Program-made: the position numbers and the translations under genes
Source of the DNA: Octopus sinensis
Taxonomy: Eukaryota
Assembly (NCBI RefSeq): GCF_006345805.1
Contig: NC_043003.1
Coordinates: forward strand, 87,792,001-87,856,000
Direction of reading: 5' to 3'
DNA: 64,000 nucleotides
In this document: one piece after another, positions 1 through 15,796 of the stretch
Layout of the letters: each line of letters begins with the position of its first letter
Position numbering within the stretch: the stretch's first letter is position 1
Notes under the pieces: generated by a model
The model's input: only the letters and a program-made list of their open reading frames with translations
The model's database searches: none
What the model was told of the DNA's origin: nothing

Positions 1-740
1 ATACATACATATATATTACATACATATATATATATACATACATATATATATACATACATATATATATACAACATATATATATACATATATATATATATAC
101 ATACATATATATATATACATACATAAATATATATACACACATACATTATATATATACATCACATATATATATACGTACATATATATATACATACATATAT
201 ATATATAACATACATATATATATACATACATAAATATATATATACAATACATAATACATACACATACATATATACATACACATAATATATACATACCTAC
301 ACATATACATATATATGATATATACAATATACATATATACATATATTATACATACATACATACATATACATACATACATATATATATCATACATATTACA
401 TACAATATATATATACATACATACATACATACATATACATACATACATATATATATTACATAAATATATATATATACATAAATATATACATACACTTATA
501 TATATACATATATATATATATACACTTATATATATATATACACTTATATATATACATACACATATATATACATACACATATAGATACATACACTTATATA
601 TATACATACACTTATATATATATACATTACATATATATATACATACATATATATATATATACATACATATATATATACATACATATATATTATATATACA
701 TATATATATATATACATACATATATATATACATACATATA

Positions 741-780
<40 letters not shown>

Positions 781-1491
781 CATACATATATATATACATA
801 CATTATATATACATACATATATATATATATATATACATACATATTATACATACATATATATATATACATACATATATATAATACATACATATATATATAT
901 ACTACATATATATATATACATACATATATATATATACATACATATATATTACATACATATATATATATATACATACATATATATATATATACATACATAT
1001 ATATATATACATACATATATATATATACATACATATATATATATACATACATATATATATATTACATACTAATATATATACATACATATATATATATACA
1101 TACATATATATATATACATACATTATATATTATACATACATATATATATATACATACATTATATAAATACATACATTATATATATATATATACATAATAA
1201 TATATACATACATATAATACAACATACATATATATACTACATACATTATATACATACATACATATATATACATACATACATATATATACATACATACCAC
1301 ATATATATACATAATATATATATATACATACATATATATATATACATACATATATATATATATATATACATACATATATATATATACACACATACATATA
1401 TATATATACATACATACATATATATATACATACATACATATATATATATATACATACATACATATATATACATATATACATACATATATAC
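1..1491. repeat. Compound (TA)n/(TACA)n microsatellite
   Basis: Near-continuous alternating TA/CA dinucleotides with essentially no G on the + strand; all I/Y/M/C/V ORFs here are artefacts. Confidence 0.97.
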
Positions 1492-4400
1492 ATGGGTAGA
1501 TAAAGTAATTGAGGTAATCAGAGTATGTGACAGAATACTTAAGATTAGATTAGTGCTTCATCATAGTTTAGCAACCATTATATCAGCCTATGCTCCTCAG
1601 TCGGGGCTACCCGATGGACAGAAAGACCGATTCTATGACACTCTACTGCAGACTACCTCGTTGACGAACGACAGAGACCTTATCTTTGTGGCTGGTGACT
1701 TTGTGGTTGGACGACATGCTGGGGGCTCCCATGGCGTACATGGAGGCTATGGCTATGGCTCCCGCAACGAGGAGGGAACCAGGCTGCTGGAGTTCTGCGA
1801 TGCAAATAATTTCATGATTTGCAACACTAACTTCAGGAAACCTACCAGCCATCTAGTCACTTACCGATTGGGCCAACATACCAGCCAAATTGACTACATC
1901 CTTGCAAGGCAAAGGGAGAGATGGCTGCTTATAAATGCCAAAACCTTCCCAGGTGAAGAATATACCCCACAACATAGACTGGTAGTTAGTGACTTTAGGA
2001 TCAGGACTAGGAGGACAACCAGAAGACGACCAATATGGAGAAGAAGGATCTGGAAGCTTAAAGATTCTGCAAATGGACAGAGATTTAGGGACATATTACT
2101 TGAAGCCTTTGACGAAGTAGAAGGGGATAGAGCATCACAGTGGGTAGAAGACAACTGGACGTTTCTAAGGGACAACCTGCTGAGAGCCACTGACCAGATC
2201 TGTGGCTGGTGCAAAGTCCCCTTAAGACCTAGAATAATGTGGTGGTGGAACAATATTGTAGACAGGGCTATTAGAGAAAAGAGACAGGCTTGGAAGGTCT
2301 GGAAAAATGGGGGTAGCAGGGAATTGTATCAGACTGCCAAAAGAGAAGCTAGGAGACAGGTTTATTTAGCCAGAGGGGAAGCAGATAAGAAAAAATTTGC
2401 CAATGTTCTGCGCCGTGAGGACCAAAGACTGGAGGTGTTTCGCGTTGCAAGACAGTGTGTGAGAGAGAATCATGATGTGGTAGGAGAGAAGTGTGTTCGC
2501 ATGGAAGATGGTTCACTTGCGCTAAATGAGGATGCAAAGAGAGAGGTTTGGAGATGCCACTATGAAAGGTTGCTGAATAAAGAAAATGAATGGGATAAAG
2601 AGAGTCTGCCGAATGTTGACCCAACAGAGGGACCAGCTATCCGAGTTGATAGTTCCGTGGTAGCTAAGGCAATTAGAAGCATGAAGACAGCGAAAGCCCC
2701 AGGCCCATCAGGAATCACTGCAGAGATGCTCAAAATGTCTGGTAGTGTCGGCTATAGCCTAGTCACCCGTATAGTTAATCAGGTGATACACAAAGGAGTC
2801 ATACCCAATGACTGGTGTAGCAGCATAATAGTCAACTGCTACAAAGGTAAAGGTGACGCCCTAGATACAAATAACTACAGAGGTATCAAGCTGTTGGATC
2901 AGGTGATGGAGGTTACGGAGAGGGTCATAGCCCAACTAATTAGAGAGAGAGTTAGTTTAGATGAGATGCAGTTTGGGTTTGTGCCAGGGAAAAGTACTAC
3001 TGATGCTATATTCCTGGTAAGGCAGCTGCAGGAGAAATACCAAGCCAAAGATAAGCCCCTGTACCTGGCTTTTGTTGACATGGAGAAAGCCTTCGACAGG
3101 GTCTCCCGATCCCTTATCTGGTGGTCAATGAGGAAACTAGGGATAGATGAATGGTTAGTGAGAGCTGTGCGTGCCATGTATAGGGACGCTGCTAGTAAGG
3201 TGAGGGTTGACAACGAGTACAGTGAAGAATTCCGGGTAGAGGTAGGGGTCCACCAAGGCTCAGTCCTCAGCCCCCTCCTATTTATCATAGTCCTCCAGGC
3301 AATAACGGAGGAATTCAAGATAAGATGCCCTTGGGAGCTCCTCTATGCTGATGACCTTGCTCTAATTGCTGAGTCGCTATCAGAACTGGAGGAGAAGTTT
3401 CAGGTGTGGAAACAAGGATTAGAATCGAAGGGCCTCAGAGTCAATCTAGCTAAAACCAAAGTCATAATCAGTAGGAAGGTAGACAAATCACAAACGCCTT
3501 CAGGTAGATGGCCCTGCTCGATCTGTAGAAAAGGTGTAGGTAGAAACTCTATAAGATGCACCAAGTGTAAGCTATGGACACATAAGAGGTGCAGCAATGT
3601 AAAAGGAAGGCTAACTAGGAAGATGGTTTTTGTACGTGACAGATGCTCAGGAACAATAAACACTGAAAATGCTCTGAGACCAACTTCCGTCACTTTCCAG
3701 GGAGAAAAACTAGAAATAGTTGATAGTTTCCGTTACCTAGGTGACCAAGTCAGCAGCGGGGGCGGGTGTGCTGAAAGTGTAACTGCTAGTAGAGTAAGAA
3801 TAGCTTGGGCAAAGTTCAGAGAGCTCTTACCTCTGCTGGTGACAAAAGGCCTCTCGCACAGAGTGAAAGGCAGACTGTATGATGCGTGTGTACGAACAGC
3901 CATGCTACATGGCAGTGAAACATGGGCCATGACTGCTGAGGATATGCGTAAGCTCGCAAGAAATGAAGCCAGTATGCTCCGATGGATGTGTAATGTCAGT
4001 ACTCATACTCGGCAGAGTGTAAGTACCTTGAGAGAAAAGCTGGACCTAAGAAGCATCAGTTGTGGTGTGCAAGAGAGACGTTTGCGCTGGTATGGTCATG
4101 TGGCGAGAATGGATGAAGATAGTTGTGTGAAAAAGTGCCACACCCTAGCGGTTGAGGGAACCTGCGGAAGAGGCAGACACAGGAAAACCTGGGACGAGGT
4201 GGTGAAGCACGACCTTCTAACTTTAGGTCTCACTGAGGAGATGACTAGAGACCGAGACCTCTGGAAGTGTGCTGTGCGCGAGAAGACCCGGCAGGACAAG
4301 TGAGTCCATAACCCGTGGCCTTCTACATGGGATGGAGCCAGCCTACATATGCATACCTTCCCTTCTTGGGACACAAAATTCTACTTGTGAAGACCTGTTG

Positions 4401-4868
4401 AGGCAAGTGAGGATCAGAATCGAAATCGATCAATGAAAATTGCAGATGTGTTACCAGTGCCGGTGGCATGTCGAAACTCTACTTGTGAAGACCTGTTGAG
4501 GTAAGTGAGGATCAGAATCGAAATCGATCAATGGAAATTGCAGGTGTGTTACCAGTGCCGATGGCATGTAAGAGAACCTTCCGTTTCGCGACCGTTGCCA
4601 GCGCCGCCCTGACCGGCCTCGTGCCGGAGGCACGTAAAAAGCACCATCCGTTCGTGGCCGTTTGCCAGCTCTGTCTGGCACCTGTGCGGGTGGCACGTAA
4701 AAAGCACCCACTACACTCACGGAGTGGTTGGTGTTAGGAAGGGCATCCAGCCGTAGAAACACTGCCAGATTTGACTGGGCCTGATGAAGCCTTCTGGCTT
4801 CACAGACCCCAGTAGAACCGTCCAACCCATGCTAGCATGGAAAACGGACGCTAAACGATAATGATGAT
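1492..4868 (+). mobile_element. RTE-clade LINE, copy 1 (5'-truncated, young)
   Basis: Starts abruptly at ATGGGTAGATAAAGT inside the APE endonuclease; open EN-RT ORF to 4303; 3' UTR with hairpin modules; ends CTAAACGATAATGATGAT, a (GAT)n tail. Near-identical to 44421-47850 on the minus strand. Confidence 0.95.
1553..4303 (+). CDS. RTE ORF, 916 aa: partial APE endonuclease, reverse transcriptase and PHD-like finger
   Basis: Motifs SAYAPQ, IDYIL, PQHRLV (EN); [38 protein letters not shown] (RT). EN lacks its N-terminus, and GDFNGH has become GDFV through a 6-bp deletion. Confidence 0.9.
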   Translation: MLHHSLATIISAYAPQSGLPDGQKDRFYDTLLQTTSLTNDRDLIFVAGDFVVGRHAGGSHGVHGGYGYGSRNEEGTRLLEFCDANNFMICNTNFRKPTSHLVTYRLGQHTSQIDYILARQRERWLLINAKTFPGEEYTPQHRLVVSDFRIRTRRTTRRRPIWRRRIWKLKDSANGQRFRDILLEAFDEVEGDRASQWVEDNWTFLRDNLLRATDQICGWCKVPLRPRIMWWWNNIVDRAIREKRQAWKVWKNGGSRELYQTAKREARRQVYLARGEADKKKFANVLRREDQRLEVFRVARQCVRENHDVVGEKCVRMEDGSLALNEDAKREVWRCHYERLLNKENEWDKESLPNVDPTEGPAIRVDSSVVAKAIRSMKTAKAPGPSGITAEMLKMSGSVGYSLVTRIVNQVIHKGVIPNDWCSSIIVNCYKGKGDALDTNNYRGIKLLDQVMEVTERVIAQLIRERVSLDEMQFGFVPGKSTTDAIFLVRQLQEKYQAKDKPLYLAFVDMEKAFDRVSRSLIWWSMRKLGIDEWLVRAVRAMYRDAASKVRVDNEYSEEFRVEVGVHQGSVLSPLLFIIVLQAITEEFKIRCPWELLYADDLALIAESLSELEEKFQVWKQGLESKGLRVNLAKTKVIISRKVDKSQTPSGRWPCSICRKGVGRNSIRCTKCKLWTHKRCSNVKGRLTRKMVFVRDRCSGTINTENALRPTSVTFQGEKLEIVDSFRYLGDQVSSGGGCAESVTASRVRIAWAKFRELLPLLVTKGLSHRVKGRLYDACVRTAMLHGSETWAMTAEDMRKLARNEASMLRWMCNVSTHTRQSVSTLREKLDLRSISCGVQERRLRWYGHVARMDEDSCVKKCHTLAVEGTCGRGRHRKTWDEVVKHDLLTLGLTEEMTRDRDLWKCAVREKTRQDK

Positions 4869-5166
4869 ATATATACATATATATATATACATACATACAT
4901 ATATATACATATATATATACATACATATATTACATACATTATATACATACATACATATACATACATACATAATTACATACATATACATACATACATTGAT
5001 ACATACATATTATATATACATATATATATATATACATATAATATATATACTATATATATATATACATATATATAATATATACTATATATATTATACATAT
5101 ATATCTATATACATATATTATACATATATATACACATTATATATATACATATATATATACATACAT
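4869..5166. repeat. TA/TACA microsatellite
   Basis: Directly visible. Confidence 0.95.
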
Positions 5167-5441
5167 TCGTGGCCGATGCCAGCACCGCCTCGACTGGCTT
5201 CCGTGCCGGTGGCACATAAAATACACCAATCCGACCGTGGCCGTTGCCAGCTTCGCCTGCACCTGTGCAGGTGGCACGTAAAAAGCACCCACTACACACT
5301 CACGAGTGGTTGGCGTTAGGAGGGGCATCCAGCTGTAGAACATTGCCACATAAGACTGGAGCCTGGTGCAGCCTTCTGGCTTCCCAGTCGAACCGTCCAA
5401 CCCACGCTAGCATGGAGAACGGACATTAAACGATGATGATG
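5167..5441 (+). mobile_element. Solo RTE 3' UTR/tail fragment
   Basis: GTGCCGGTGGCAC..AAAA hairpin modules, GGTTGGCGTTAGGAGGGGCATCCAGC and a CATTAAACGATGATGATGAT tail, homologous to 4600-4868. Confidence 0.9.
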
Positions 5442-8117
<2,676 letters not shown>

Positions 8118-8139
8118 TTTTAAGGATTTAAGGATTTAT

Positions 8140-8572
8140 ACATACATATATCCTTAAAATCCTTCAAAATGTTGTAGCCCGAAGGCTGCGGCCATGCTGG
8201 GGCACCACCGCTGAATGAGCTACACTAGTATGTGAATCCACCTCCGATACGTGGCACTTGATCAACAAGGGAGTTCGATGCCACTGCCCGCATCTGTGTC
8301 TCCTACCGTGAGGTAGTTTCATCTGGGACCCCCAACAAGAAGAGATCCAGTTTAGTTTTAAAGAAACCCACATCCACACCATGCAAGTCTCTCAGGCATT
8401 TAGGGAGGATGTTGAAGAGCTGTGGTCCTCTGAAACCCAAGCTGTTGCAGTATCTGGTCCTGTAATTTGATGGTGATGTTGGAATCTTTGGCACCACGCA
8501 GTGGCGCCCCGTTCTGCTGTTGGGGTAACTTTGAATGCCGAAGTTTTGGACAAGACCCTCCAGGATTTTCAA
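8140..8572 (-). mobile_element. CR1-like LINE 3' fragment
   Basis: ORF 8303-8599 reads KILEGLVQNFGI..NSLGFRGPQLFNILPKCLRDL..FKTKLDLFL..VPDE, typical of a CR1/L2-group C-terminus; short (TTAAGGAT)-type tail. Confidence 0.8.
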
Positions 8573-8755
8573 GGAAGGGACGACAAAATGTTCACACAAA
8601 ATTGGGGATATTTATGTTTCTAATTTTTTTTGTTAAGTGTTCGTTTGTATGTCCAAAGCTGTAGATATGTAAGTTCCTTAACCTATGTTGAGGGAAATTC
8701 AAATTACTCACAGAAAACAGATCTTCCAGTTTTTTACAGGCTGGACATATATAAA

Positions 8756-8820
8756 CATAGATGTATATATACATATATATATATACACCTACATATATAT
8801 ATACACCACATATATATATA

Positions 8821-8879
<59 letters not shown>

Positions 8880-9178
8880 ATATATATATATATTATAAAT
8901 ATACTTATACAACACCTACATACATTATACACACACACCACACATATATATATACAATCAACATATATATATACACACACACATATATATATACACAACA
9001 CACATACACCACACACACACATACACACACACACATATACACACACACACATACACACACACATATATACACACACACACACACATATATATACACACAC
9101 ACATATATATACACACACACACATATATATACACACACACACACATATATACACACACATATATACACACACACATAT

Positions 9179-9211
<33 letters not shown>

Positions 9212-9267
9212 CCACACACATATATATATATACATATATATATGCATACATATATGTACATACATAT
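8756..9267. repeat. TA/CA microsatellite
   Basis: Directly visible. Confidence 0.95.
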
Positions 9268-9372
9268 ATGTAGAAGAGCACCATCCAAGCGTGATCGTTG
9301 CCAGCGCTGCTAACTGGCTTCCGTGCCGGTGGCACGTAAAAAGTACAAATTCAAGCGTGATCATTATCCTTG
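9268..9372 (+). mobile_element. Short RTE 3' UTR module fragment
   Basis: CTGGCTTCCGTGCCGGTGGCACGTAAAAAG matches the RTE 3' UTR hairpin module. Confidence 0.7.
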
Positions 9373-9426
9373 TAGCCTTACATATATACATACACTCACA
9401 CACACATATATTTCGGCAGACGAAAT

Positions 9427-9622
9427 AGGAGCGAAATGAGTAACCGTATTTCGTCTGCCGTTACGTTCTGAGTTCAAATTCCGCCGAGGTCGACTTTGCC
9501 TTTCATCCTTTCGGGGTCGATAAATAAAGTACCAGTTACGCACTGGGTCGATGTAATCGACTTAATCCCTTTGTCTGACTTTGTTTGTCCCCTCTATGTT
9601 TAGCCCCTTGTGGGCAATAGAG

Positions 9623-9626
<4 letters not shown>
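9427..9626 (+). mobile_element. tRNA-derived SINE
   Basis: B-box-like GAGTTCAAATTCC followed by GCCGAGGTCGACTTTGCCTTTCATCCTTTCGGGGTCGATAAATAAAGTACCAG, a conserved SINE central-domain-like block. Confidence 0.8.
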
Positions 9627-9659
<33 letters not shown>

Positions 9660-9679
9660 GAGAGAGAGAATAAAAAAAA

Positions 9680-9995
9680 GAATTACTGAAACATCACCTG
9701 TTGTTCGATTAACTGAAGTACTTCCTCATTGAATTATTAGAGTGAATGTGACTGAGTATTCCACAGACACTTGTAGGCCTTAACATAATTCTAATGTAGA
9801 ATAAACGAGATAGTGTGTAAGAAGGATGATCACTGTCTTTGGGACTCCACAGTTTCCGTCGTCTGAATTTTATCCATAAGGCTTGGTATAGTTTCAGGTT
9901 ACGGTAAATAAACATTCGGTTAACATACCACGAAGTTCGAAGGAACCCGAGCTCTCATAATTGCGAAGTGAACTTCTTAACCACTCGATCGTTCC
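9680..9995 (-). mobile_element. Degenerate tRNA-derived SINE
   Basis: Minus strand GAGTGGTTAAGAAGTTCACTTC..GGGTTCC head (A/B-box-like); body similar to the SINE at 40760-41089 (GTGTCTGTGGAATACTCAGTCAC). Confidence 0.6.
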
Positions 9996-10017
9996 TGTCT
10001 GTTCTCTCTCTCTCTCC

Positions 10018-10188
10018 GATAGACAGACAGACAGACAGACAGACGGACAGATAGATGGATAGACATATAGATGGACAGACAGATAGATAGATGGATAGAT
10101 AGATAGATGGATAGACATATAGATGGACAGACAGATAGATAGATGGATAGATAGATAGATGGATAGACAGACAGACAGACAGACAGAC

Positions 10189-10242
<54 letters not shown>

Positions 10243-10277
10243 GCAGACAGACAGACAGAAAGATAGTACAGACAAAC

Positions 10278-10320
<43 letters not shown>
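10018..10320. repeat. (GATA)n/(GACA)n tetranucleotide repeat
   Basis: Directly visible. Confidence 0.95.
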
Positions 10321-10321
<1 letters not shown>

Positions 10322-10399
10322 CACGCTTAATAATGTATATTACACACAAACACAAGTATATACACATATCAATCTAGATACAGCCTCTATATGTGTGTA

Positions 10400-11700
10400 T
10401 GTGTGTTTAGAGAGAGACCAACAAGCCGAAACGTTTTTGTCGAGGTAAAAACTAAGAGAGAAGGATATGGGAAGTCAAATATGAAAATTAAAGAAGGAAA
10501 CTCGTGGTGAATACAAATAACAATTAAGTGAAAGATTTAATAAACACCAAACAGGGGATGGTTGATTATTGAGTGGTTATTATTCTAGAATAGCTATTTT
10601 CTACCAGAAAGTGAAGTGGCAATGATAAAAGGCGGAGAAACCGCAAAAAAATAATCTCCAGGAAAAGATTTGTTGTCGTCTCAATAGAAACATTAGTAGT
10701 TTTAATTCTAAAACACATTCTTCACAGAGAAGACAAAATTATAAAAATAAAAAAAAAGAGTAGTGTTACGCACCTTCAGCCTGTGTAAGCAAATAGCAAC
10801 CGCATAAATGGAAAATATATCCTAATAAAGCGCAGTGGATGATGATGGCGTGTTGTCGTGAAGAGAGATAGAGTAAGAACAATGAGATGGTAGCAAGTAG
10901 AAAGGTGTATGTTCCTTTATCATTTCATCTCTCACCACCACTCACTGTTGCTGAGAAAAAAAAAAGCAACAGCAGGAGTGAAGAGGAGGGGTCCAATGTA
11001 TTAGAACAACATGAGTTGTGGACAGTCAATGTTGGGGATCAGAGTCCCTATGTTGCTCAGAAAAAAAAAAACACGTTTCATCACACAGCCAAACCAAAGA
11101 ATAAACATTAACCAAAATATGAAACTTTTAAAAATGACAAGAAACTAAATAGAAAATGTCAAAAAGAGAAAAGGAAAACCTTCTTTTAAGCAATATTGAT
11201 TTTATTATATCAGTACAAAGAATATATTTTTATTTATATTTTTTCCCAAAAAATTTCGTATTCAGAAGAAAGTTACCAGCGTAGCACTAAAAGAAATGTT
11301 TCTACCAGGAAGGCTTTGATATGACGTAATGCAATTCTATTGGTTGATGGTCTTGTTGTACAGGTTTATTAACAGCCAACGGCTGCACGTTAATGTTGAT
11401 CGGTGACGATGGCTGTCACTCCCAATAAATTAGGCACGTTCCGTTGACACCTTCGATATTCCTTTCGTTTGATGTTCTAAATCAGGCGTTTAAATCTACG
11501 TTGTTTTTTTTCTGTATGTTCCCATTAGCTGTGTTGAAATAAATCTATTGAAAATTTTTCGAAGGAAGTTACTTCTGCAATAGTCTAGCGTCCTGTGCAG
11601 TGAATAGGTGAACTGACGGCTGGTTGAAATCGTTGGAATCTTTCAAAAGAAAGATCTTCAAGCAAAGCAATATCTAACAGCTACAAGTGCAAAGGGAAGT
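10400..11700. promoter_or_regulatory. Candidate promoter region (CpG-retaining, non-TE)
   Basis: By eye, CpG dinucleotides are more frequent than in the depleted sequence downstream; CRE-like TGACGTAA and ATTGG (reverse CCAAT) lie about 15 bp apart near 11322-11345. No associated coding exon identified. Confidence 0.4.
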
Positions 11701-11799
11701 GACACCTGTCACATGAAATATTTTCGTATTTGAACCAAAAACAAAATTTAAAGATCTCCAATGTGTGAGAGTTAACCTTGAGTATAATTCTCAGTTCTC

Positions 11800-12331
11800 T
11801 CCTACTCATCATTGCCCATCAGACTATTACAGACTATTCAAGATTCAGAACTGCAAAATGCTGATGATCTGGCTCTCTTTCCTGATTCTGTAACAGAACT
11901 AGAAAAATTCCAGGTGTGGAAGCAAAACCTGGAAGTGATGGGCCTTAAGGTTAACTTAGCAATCATTATGGTTCAAGTACGTAGGCCCTACCCCGATCAG
12001 GTAAATGGCCCAACTTGATATATAAGAAAGGGCTATGCAAGAATTTTATATGGTTTATTAAGAGTAAGCTATGGACACACAAGAAGTGCAGTGGTGTAAT
12101 AGGAAAGTTATCAGAGAAAGTAGTGTATGTGGAAGATACACAGGATCCATAATGACTACAGATACTGAGATAATTAATTTCCAAAAATGCCCCCAGAGTC
12201 TCTTTACAGAGAGTGGATAATTTCCGCTACCTAGAGGACTAATTAGCTGTAGCAGAGGATATACAGAAAGTGTAATTTTAAGATTGGATGGAGAAAGATC
12301 TGAGCGTTTTCACCTCCGTTGACAACAAAAA

Positions 12332-12373
<42 letters not shown>

Positions 12374-12740
12374 GAAAGGAAGATTATATGATGCTTGTGT
12401 TTGAACAGCAATGCAACATGGTAGTGAGGAATGAAGCTAGTATACTCTGCTGGATGTGCAATGTCAGTGTACACGTGTGGCAGAGTGCTAGTGTATTGCA
12501 AGAAAAGATAGATATAACACGAATAAATGCAAAGAGAAGACTGCACTGGTCTGGCCATGTGGTGCATATGGATATGGATAGTTGCATAAAGAAGTATTGA
12601 TCATTTAAAGTAGAAGGAAGTTGTTGAAGAGGGAGACCCAGGAAGACATTGGACAAAGTACTGAAGGCCAATCTCAAGAGACTGAGCTTTACGAAAGAGA
12701 TATCTGATGCCTTGCTGTACTAAAAAAGAACTGTCCATCA
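11800..12740 (+). pseudogene. Old degenerate RTE RT/C-terminal fragment
   Basis: Remnants NADDLAL, FQVWKQNLEVMGLKVNLA, RNEASILCWMCNVS, RRLHWSGHV; many stops and frameshifts. Confidence 0.8.
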
Positions 12741-13429
12741 CATCAGAATTGATATCCTAAACCACCTTGGTTAATGCTTGTTTGTGAGGGGCTCTGTTCC
12801 ATGCCCACTTTCATCCTCTCTATCCTGTCAACCTTCCCCCACACACATACCTTTTATCCCCAAACACTCATCACCTATCTATCACCTGAGAGCAGAATAG
12901 GTGCATACTACTTCTCCCTACTTCTTTAGTTACCTCCTTCCCCACCCCACCACAAACTACTTTCGGTTCCTGTTATTTCCCCACTGTCTCTACCAGTCAC
13001 CTCAATCCTGCCAACCCACCCAGTCCAGACCTCTGTATCACTCCACTTATTCTCACCACATCCAATGTCCCTCAAAAACATGCCCCCAACTCATTTTCAT
13101 CACCATCATTTTTCTCACTATTACTCTCATTATCTTACTCTTTGACTCACCCACTCATTTTATCCTACTCTCTAACTCACCCTCCTTTCTTTTTCAACTG
13201 GAGTATTCATGTATCTACTCTACAGCAGGACAATTACCTCTGTTCCTCTATACCTCTACTCTCATCAATTGACACAATGCTACCACACCCTCACTACAAC
13301 TCCCTCCTCCCTGCTAAGCAGATTTTTGTCTTGGAAGTTACTCAGTGACCCAGTCATTATATAGAGATTTATAATAGAATAAAATACAATTATAGGTACA
13401 GAGGCTTCTGTGCCCATATGCTGAAGGAA

Positions 13430-13735
13430 GATATGCTGGTTCCACATGAAAAGTACTGGTGCTGGCACCGGGTCAACATCACCAGGGCTGATTCCATGTA
13501 AAAAGCACTGGTGCTGATGCCACGTAAAAACACTGGTGCTAGTGCCACATAAAAAGCACCCAGTACACTCTGTAAAGTGGTTGGTTTAGGAAGGGTATCC
13601 AGCTATAGAAACCATACCAAAACAGACAATGGAGCCTGGTATGATCCCCGGCCTCACCAACCCTTGTCAAAGCATCCAACCCATGCCAGCATGGAAAACA
13701 GATGTTAAATGATGATGATGATGGTGGTGATGATG
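13430..13735 (+). mobile_element. RTE-family 3' tail fragment
   Basis: Short tandem GCCACGTAAAAAGCAC modules and GATGTTAAATGATGATGATG tail. Confidence 0.75.
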
Positions 13736-13737
13736 AA

Positions 13738-13775
<38 letters not shown>

Positions 13776-14109
13776 CAATCAGGCATTCATAACTCTGAAA
13801 AAAGCACACTCCTAAAAAATTTTGGTGCAGTAATATGACCTTTTCCAGTTGCAACTGGAATTGGTCATAGGGAGATAGCTCCATCTTGTTCACAAAGGGT
13901 TTTCACTTCAAAGAATTTCATTTCAGGATGTTTTTTTCACAACCCTAGTTGACCAAGACTGTTTTCTTACCTCCATTAGTAATGAGGTTTCATAACTCCA
14001 GCCAGCAGGTCTGATGAGTCTATGTTGCTAAGAGCATAATAAATGTAAAACCAATAATAACTTTTGTACTTTCCATAATCAACAACTACATGAAATATAT
14101 ATTTATATA

Positions 14110-15600
14110 TCATGGGACAGCACAGTACTCACATCAGAGGCAGACCATAAAAGGGAAATCACCCATTCCATCCATAGACTGGAACGGCACCTTGGGTGAG
14201 TGCTAACAATCCTTTAGCCTCTCATGCCAGGAATACAATGAAGATGTCAGTTGTACTGCCCACCATGGAAGAGGAAGCCCCTAGAAAAAATAGGGTAAAG
14301 AAACAAAACCTGACTGGTTCATATAGGCCAATAGGACTTCACTTCAGTGGTAGAAATTAGAAGAAAATTAAGATGACTGTAGCAACATCAAACATGTGCA
14401 CTATGCTTGACAGAGACTCCATGCCTGAATAGAGGACAGCCCTACTTGTAAAAGAATTGCACCAGTAAAATGTAAACATTGCAACACTCCAAGAAGCTGT
14501 GATCAAAGAGCAGGGTCAGCTGCAAGAGGAGGGTTACACCTTTTTCTGGGTTCAAGAGACAGAGGAAAGAAAAGACACAATCATAGCTTTTGCTATCAAT
14601 AACACGACCACCAAAGGCTACCTTTTCTCCTATTAGCTGTCTGAGAGAGGATGATAACCCTGCAGATACCAATAATGAATAACTGACACCTGACCCTCGT
14701 CAACAAGTATGCTCCAAAATAACCTACCCAGAGGAGGAGAAAGAGGCATTTTAACAAGAGCTGACAAGGATTGTACCAACACAAGTTGCTGATTATAGGT
14801 TACTTCAATGCTAGGGTGGGAGCAGACTGTGGGACCTATTCAGGCATCATCAGCAAGTTTGGAAAGGGCAAAATAACTCCAGTGGTGACCTCCTGCTAAA
14901 CTTCTGTGCACAGGAGCTCTCTTCCATCAATATATGCTCTCTGATCTGCCCAACAAGAATTATTTCACATGGAAACTCTCTCAGTCTGGTCACAATCGTC
15001 TACTGGACTATGTCATTACTTGGAATACTGGGCTGCAGGAGATTCTGTGCACAAAGGCCATGTGTGGAGCAGAATGCTGAACTGACCACTAAGGAGACTC
15101 TAGGGCCCTCTCAGCATAAAACACCTGATTGATTCTAGAAGCATGGAAAAGAGATCCAGAAGCTGCTAGACAAAAAGCAATACCTGCACCAGCAACATCT
15201 GCTGGGGAACTCAGAGAGGAGCTGGGTAACTTTCGCTAAAATCAAATCCAAAGTGCAGAGAGAAGTGAGATCGCTGAAGAATGACTGGTGGTGCAGGCAG
15301 GCAGAACCTTTGCAGAGTATGGCTGACAAGCATCACTAGCACAGGCTATTTACAGGACTGAAAACCATCTATGGCCCCAGGAGCAACACAGTGGCACAAA
15401 TCAAATCAGTAGACATGAGAAAACTGCACACCAGCTTCCAGAAAATCAGAGCTAGGTGGAAGAAACATTTATGTCTACAAATGGCTTGAGCAGCACCAGA
15501 AATGAGACAACCCCTGCCATAATGTCACCATGCAGGAGCTAGAGAAAACCTTGAAGGCCACAGCAAGTTGCAAAGCATCATGCTTGGATAGTATTCCCTC
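14110..15600 (+). pseudogene. Degenerate RTE (BovB-like) 5' UTR and endonuclease region
   Basis: Remnants MTVATSNMCTMLDRD..RTALLVKEL..NIATLQE..GQLQEEGYTFFW, YAPK and LDYVI; heavily disrupted. Confidence 0.7.
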
Positions 15601-15796
15601 AGATGTGTCTTTCTAATGAGTATGTACTCCAGGAGTTCAAGCATCCGTGAAAATGTAAGCGAGTTAAATAGCTACTTGGTGTTTATACGAATGGGGCGGT
15701 TAAAACTTAACTTAATTCATCTATACCTTAAAGTACATTATGTTAACGGTTACTCAAATTCATTCCCACTGCATTGTATATATATATATATGTATA

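Noticed and set aside
4781-4801. CTGATGA followed by a hairpin in the RTE 3' UTR as a hammerhead
   Set aside because: No GAAA box follows the stem (GGCTTC then ACAG), so it is only a hairpin.
13971-14027. Phase-0 57-nt exon-like segment on the minus strand (QHRLIRPAGWSYETSLLME) with AG/GTAAG
   Set aside because: No partner exons found; the frame continues past the donor and the surroundings loosely resemble a decayed RTE C-terminus. Not excluded without RNA-seq.
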